64,000 nucleotides of DNA from Takakia lepidozioides (lineage: Eukaryota > Plantae > Bryophyta): assembly GCA_030704615.1 (NCBI GenBank), contig CM060734.1, positions 12,710,001 to 12,774,000 on the forward strand, given 5' to 3'. Numbering within the stretch: the first letter of the stretch is position 1; every line of letters begins with the position of its first letter. A program made the position numbers and the translations under genes. Of this stretch, positions 62,420 through 64,000 are shown piece by piece. The notes below the pieces were generated by a model. That model searched no databases. It had not been told where the DNA came from and saw only the letters and a program-made list of their open reading frames with translations.

Positions 62420-63840
62420 TAGAGTTATGGCATCTGCGTTTTGCTGCTACTTGTTTGCTGGCACGACACGGTCTAGACCAGCTACAAGAATGGCTGCTTT
62501 ACAGATAGCGAAGTCGTTCAAACCAGAGGATACTCTCAGATTGCCCACCTGTGGGCAAGCTCCTCTGACTCCCTTTCAAGCAGCCTTGGGTAGAAGAAGG
62601 CTAACATCCGACATCGATTCCATTGTCAAAAGTATCCCAGACTGCTAGAAACTAATCCTCCGAAACGGTCGGCCCCTGCATTCTCTTCATAGCTGGGTTG
62701 TGGCTTCAAGCAAACCCTACTCAGTACTGTATACTACAGAGGTGAAACATGGCATACTAACCGGCTATGCATTCCAAGCGGATACCTTCTCCGGGTTCCT
62801 GACACTCTTCTCGCACACTACCCAAAATCTCTGCTGCATAGATGCCCTGCCGGCAAGAATCTGCCAGTGGTCCTCCCCTGCCAAAGATTTCAACCCATCT
62901 GCCCCAGAGGGAACACCCCCTTTTCCGTGGCTTCTCTCTGCCTCCTTTGCCTGGATCGGAGGCATGCCTCTCCAGGACCTGCAGATAGACCCTGGAGAGT
63001 GGAAGTGGAAATTTGGTGATACCAAATTGGGATTCTTCTCCTATTCGGCCAAGAGGGCATACAGGGCCCTTGCAAACGCCAAATCCCTGCCGGGCAAATG
63101 GAATGCAAGATGGCTGCATGGAAACTTCCATGAGGAAAATTGGGGAGACATCTGGAAACTCATTTGGGAAAAAACTAAGCCCGCAAAAATTAGTGCCTTT
63201 CTCTGGCAGGTAGCAAATGGGGTGCTCAAGGTCGGACACTTTCTGAATTTCCCTGAGGCCCTGTTGTGCTCATGCTGTCAATCTGGGACCATTGAAACAC
63301 TGGAACACTGCCTCATTCTTTGTCAAGCACCCCGTCTGATATGGCCAGTTATTGACTCATTCTATAGTGCATCATGGGAAGCTTTCCCCTCCAACCAGGT
63401 TGTACTGCTCCTCAACTATGACATGACTACCAAATCCATAGCCATTGACTGTCCGGTCTATGAAGCCTTGAGGGGATACACCCTATGGCACCTCTGGAAA
63501 GCTAGATGTTCCTGGTCCTTGGACAATGTTAACTCCACTGCCACTACTACACTCACAAAGATATTTTTTGATCTTACCATAGCAGCTAAACTTGCTTGGG
63601 AAAAAGTGCGTGCAGGCATCGTCAAATCCCCAGATCGACAGCATGCCCTCCTCAGTTCCTTCAGGGCCACTTGGGGCAGAAACGACATCATCTGCGCATG
63701 CACGGGAGCGGGAGATTGTGTCTGGCCTAGGGATATCCCCCCTCAATGGCAACACCACAGAGCCCTCCTCTTCCGCTTCCCCTGAGTTTGACAAATCGGA
63801 TGTCAACTGGAAGCATGTGAAGACTAGTACAAGGACCAAG
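62420..63840 (+). mobile_element. L1/Tx1-clade LINE 3' region (zf-RVT domain)
   Basis: ORF 62700-63785: YSAKRAY, WKLIW..PAKISAFLWQVANGVL, CSCC..ETLEHCLILC, LWHLWKARC. Confidence 0.85.
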
Positions 63841-64000
63841 TTGCTCTACAGATAGATCTCCCCTCCTCTCCTCCTCTGCACTTAGATTTTCTCTGCTCTC
63901 TACAACGGTTCCATGCAAGGAAAATCTTCTTCAAGGAGTGGTTGGCCCTCCATGCTTGTCTATTATGCACAACGTACCATCAGAGCCTCTTTAAGGGTAG

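Overview
Intron-containing land-plant nuclear DNA, probably from a non-seed plant (inference from PLS-class PPR style and TE families). The window is dominated by nested transposable elements. Host content: one apparently intact 11-exon BAR-domain/Pro-Ser-rich gene similar to Arabidopsis At2g33490 (32970-49350, +), a five-exon ALDH22A1 fragment, a PLS-E-DYW PPR pseudogene and exons of an unidentified gene. The main find is a precisely bounded 12.6-kb Mutator-like element (19590-32156, ~425-bp TIRs, perfect 9-bp TSD CTATTTTAC). It carries two convergent spliced genes. One is a DDE-SWIM transposase resembling the conserved angiosperm genes At4g13970/At1g60560. The other is a zinc-finger/unknown-domain/Gln-Thr-repeat/Ulp1 protease gene. 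The element is densely seeded with a short AGTC(C/T)G motif in TIRs, introns and coding repeats, which is reminiscent of the VANDAL anti-silencing system. Also present: a tail-less LINE family ending in ATGAGTACAAT next to microsatellites (about nine 3' ends), a piggyBac-like TTAA element, a Dualen/RandI-like RT fragment, a hAT MITE, Copia, Gypsy, CACTA and L1 pieces. All homology calls come from motif recognition by eye; no database searches were run.
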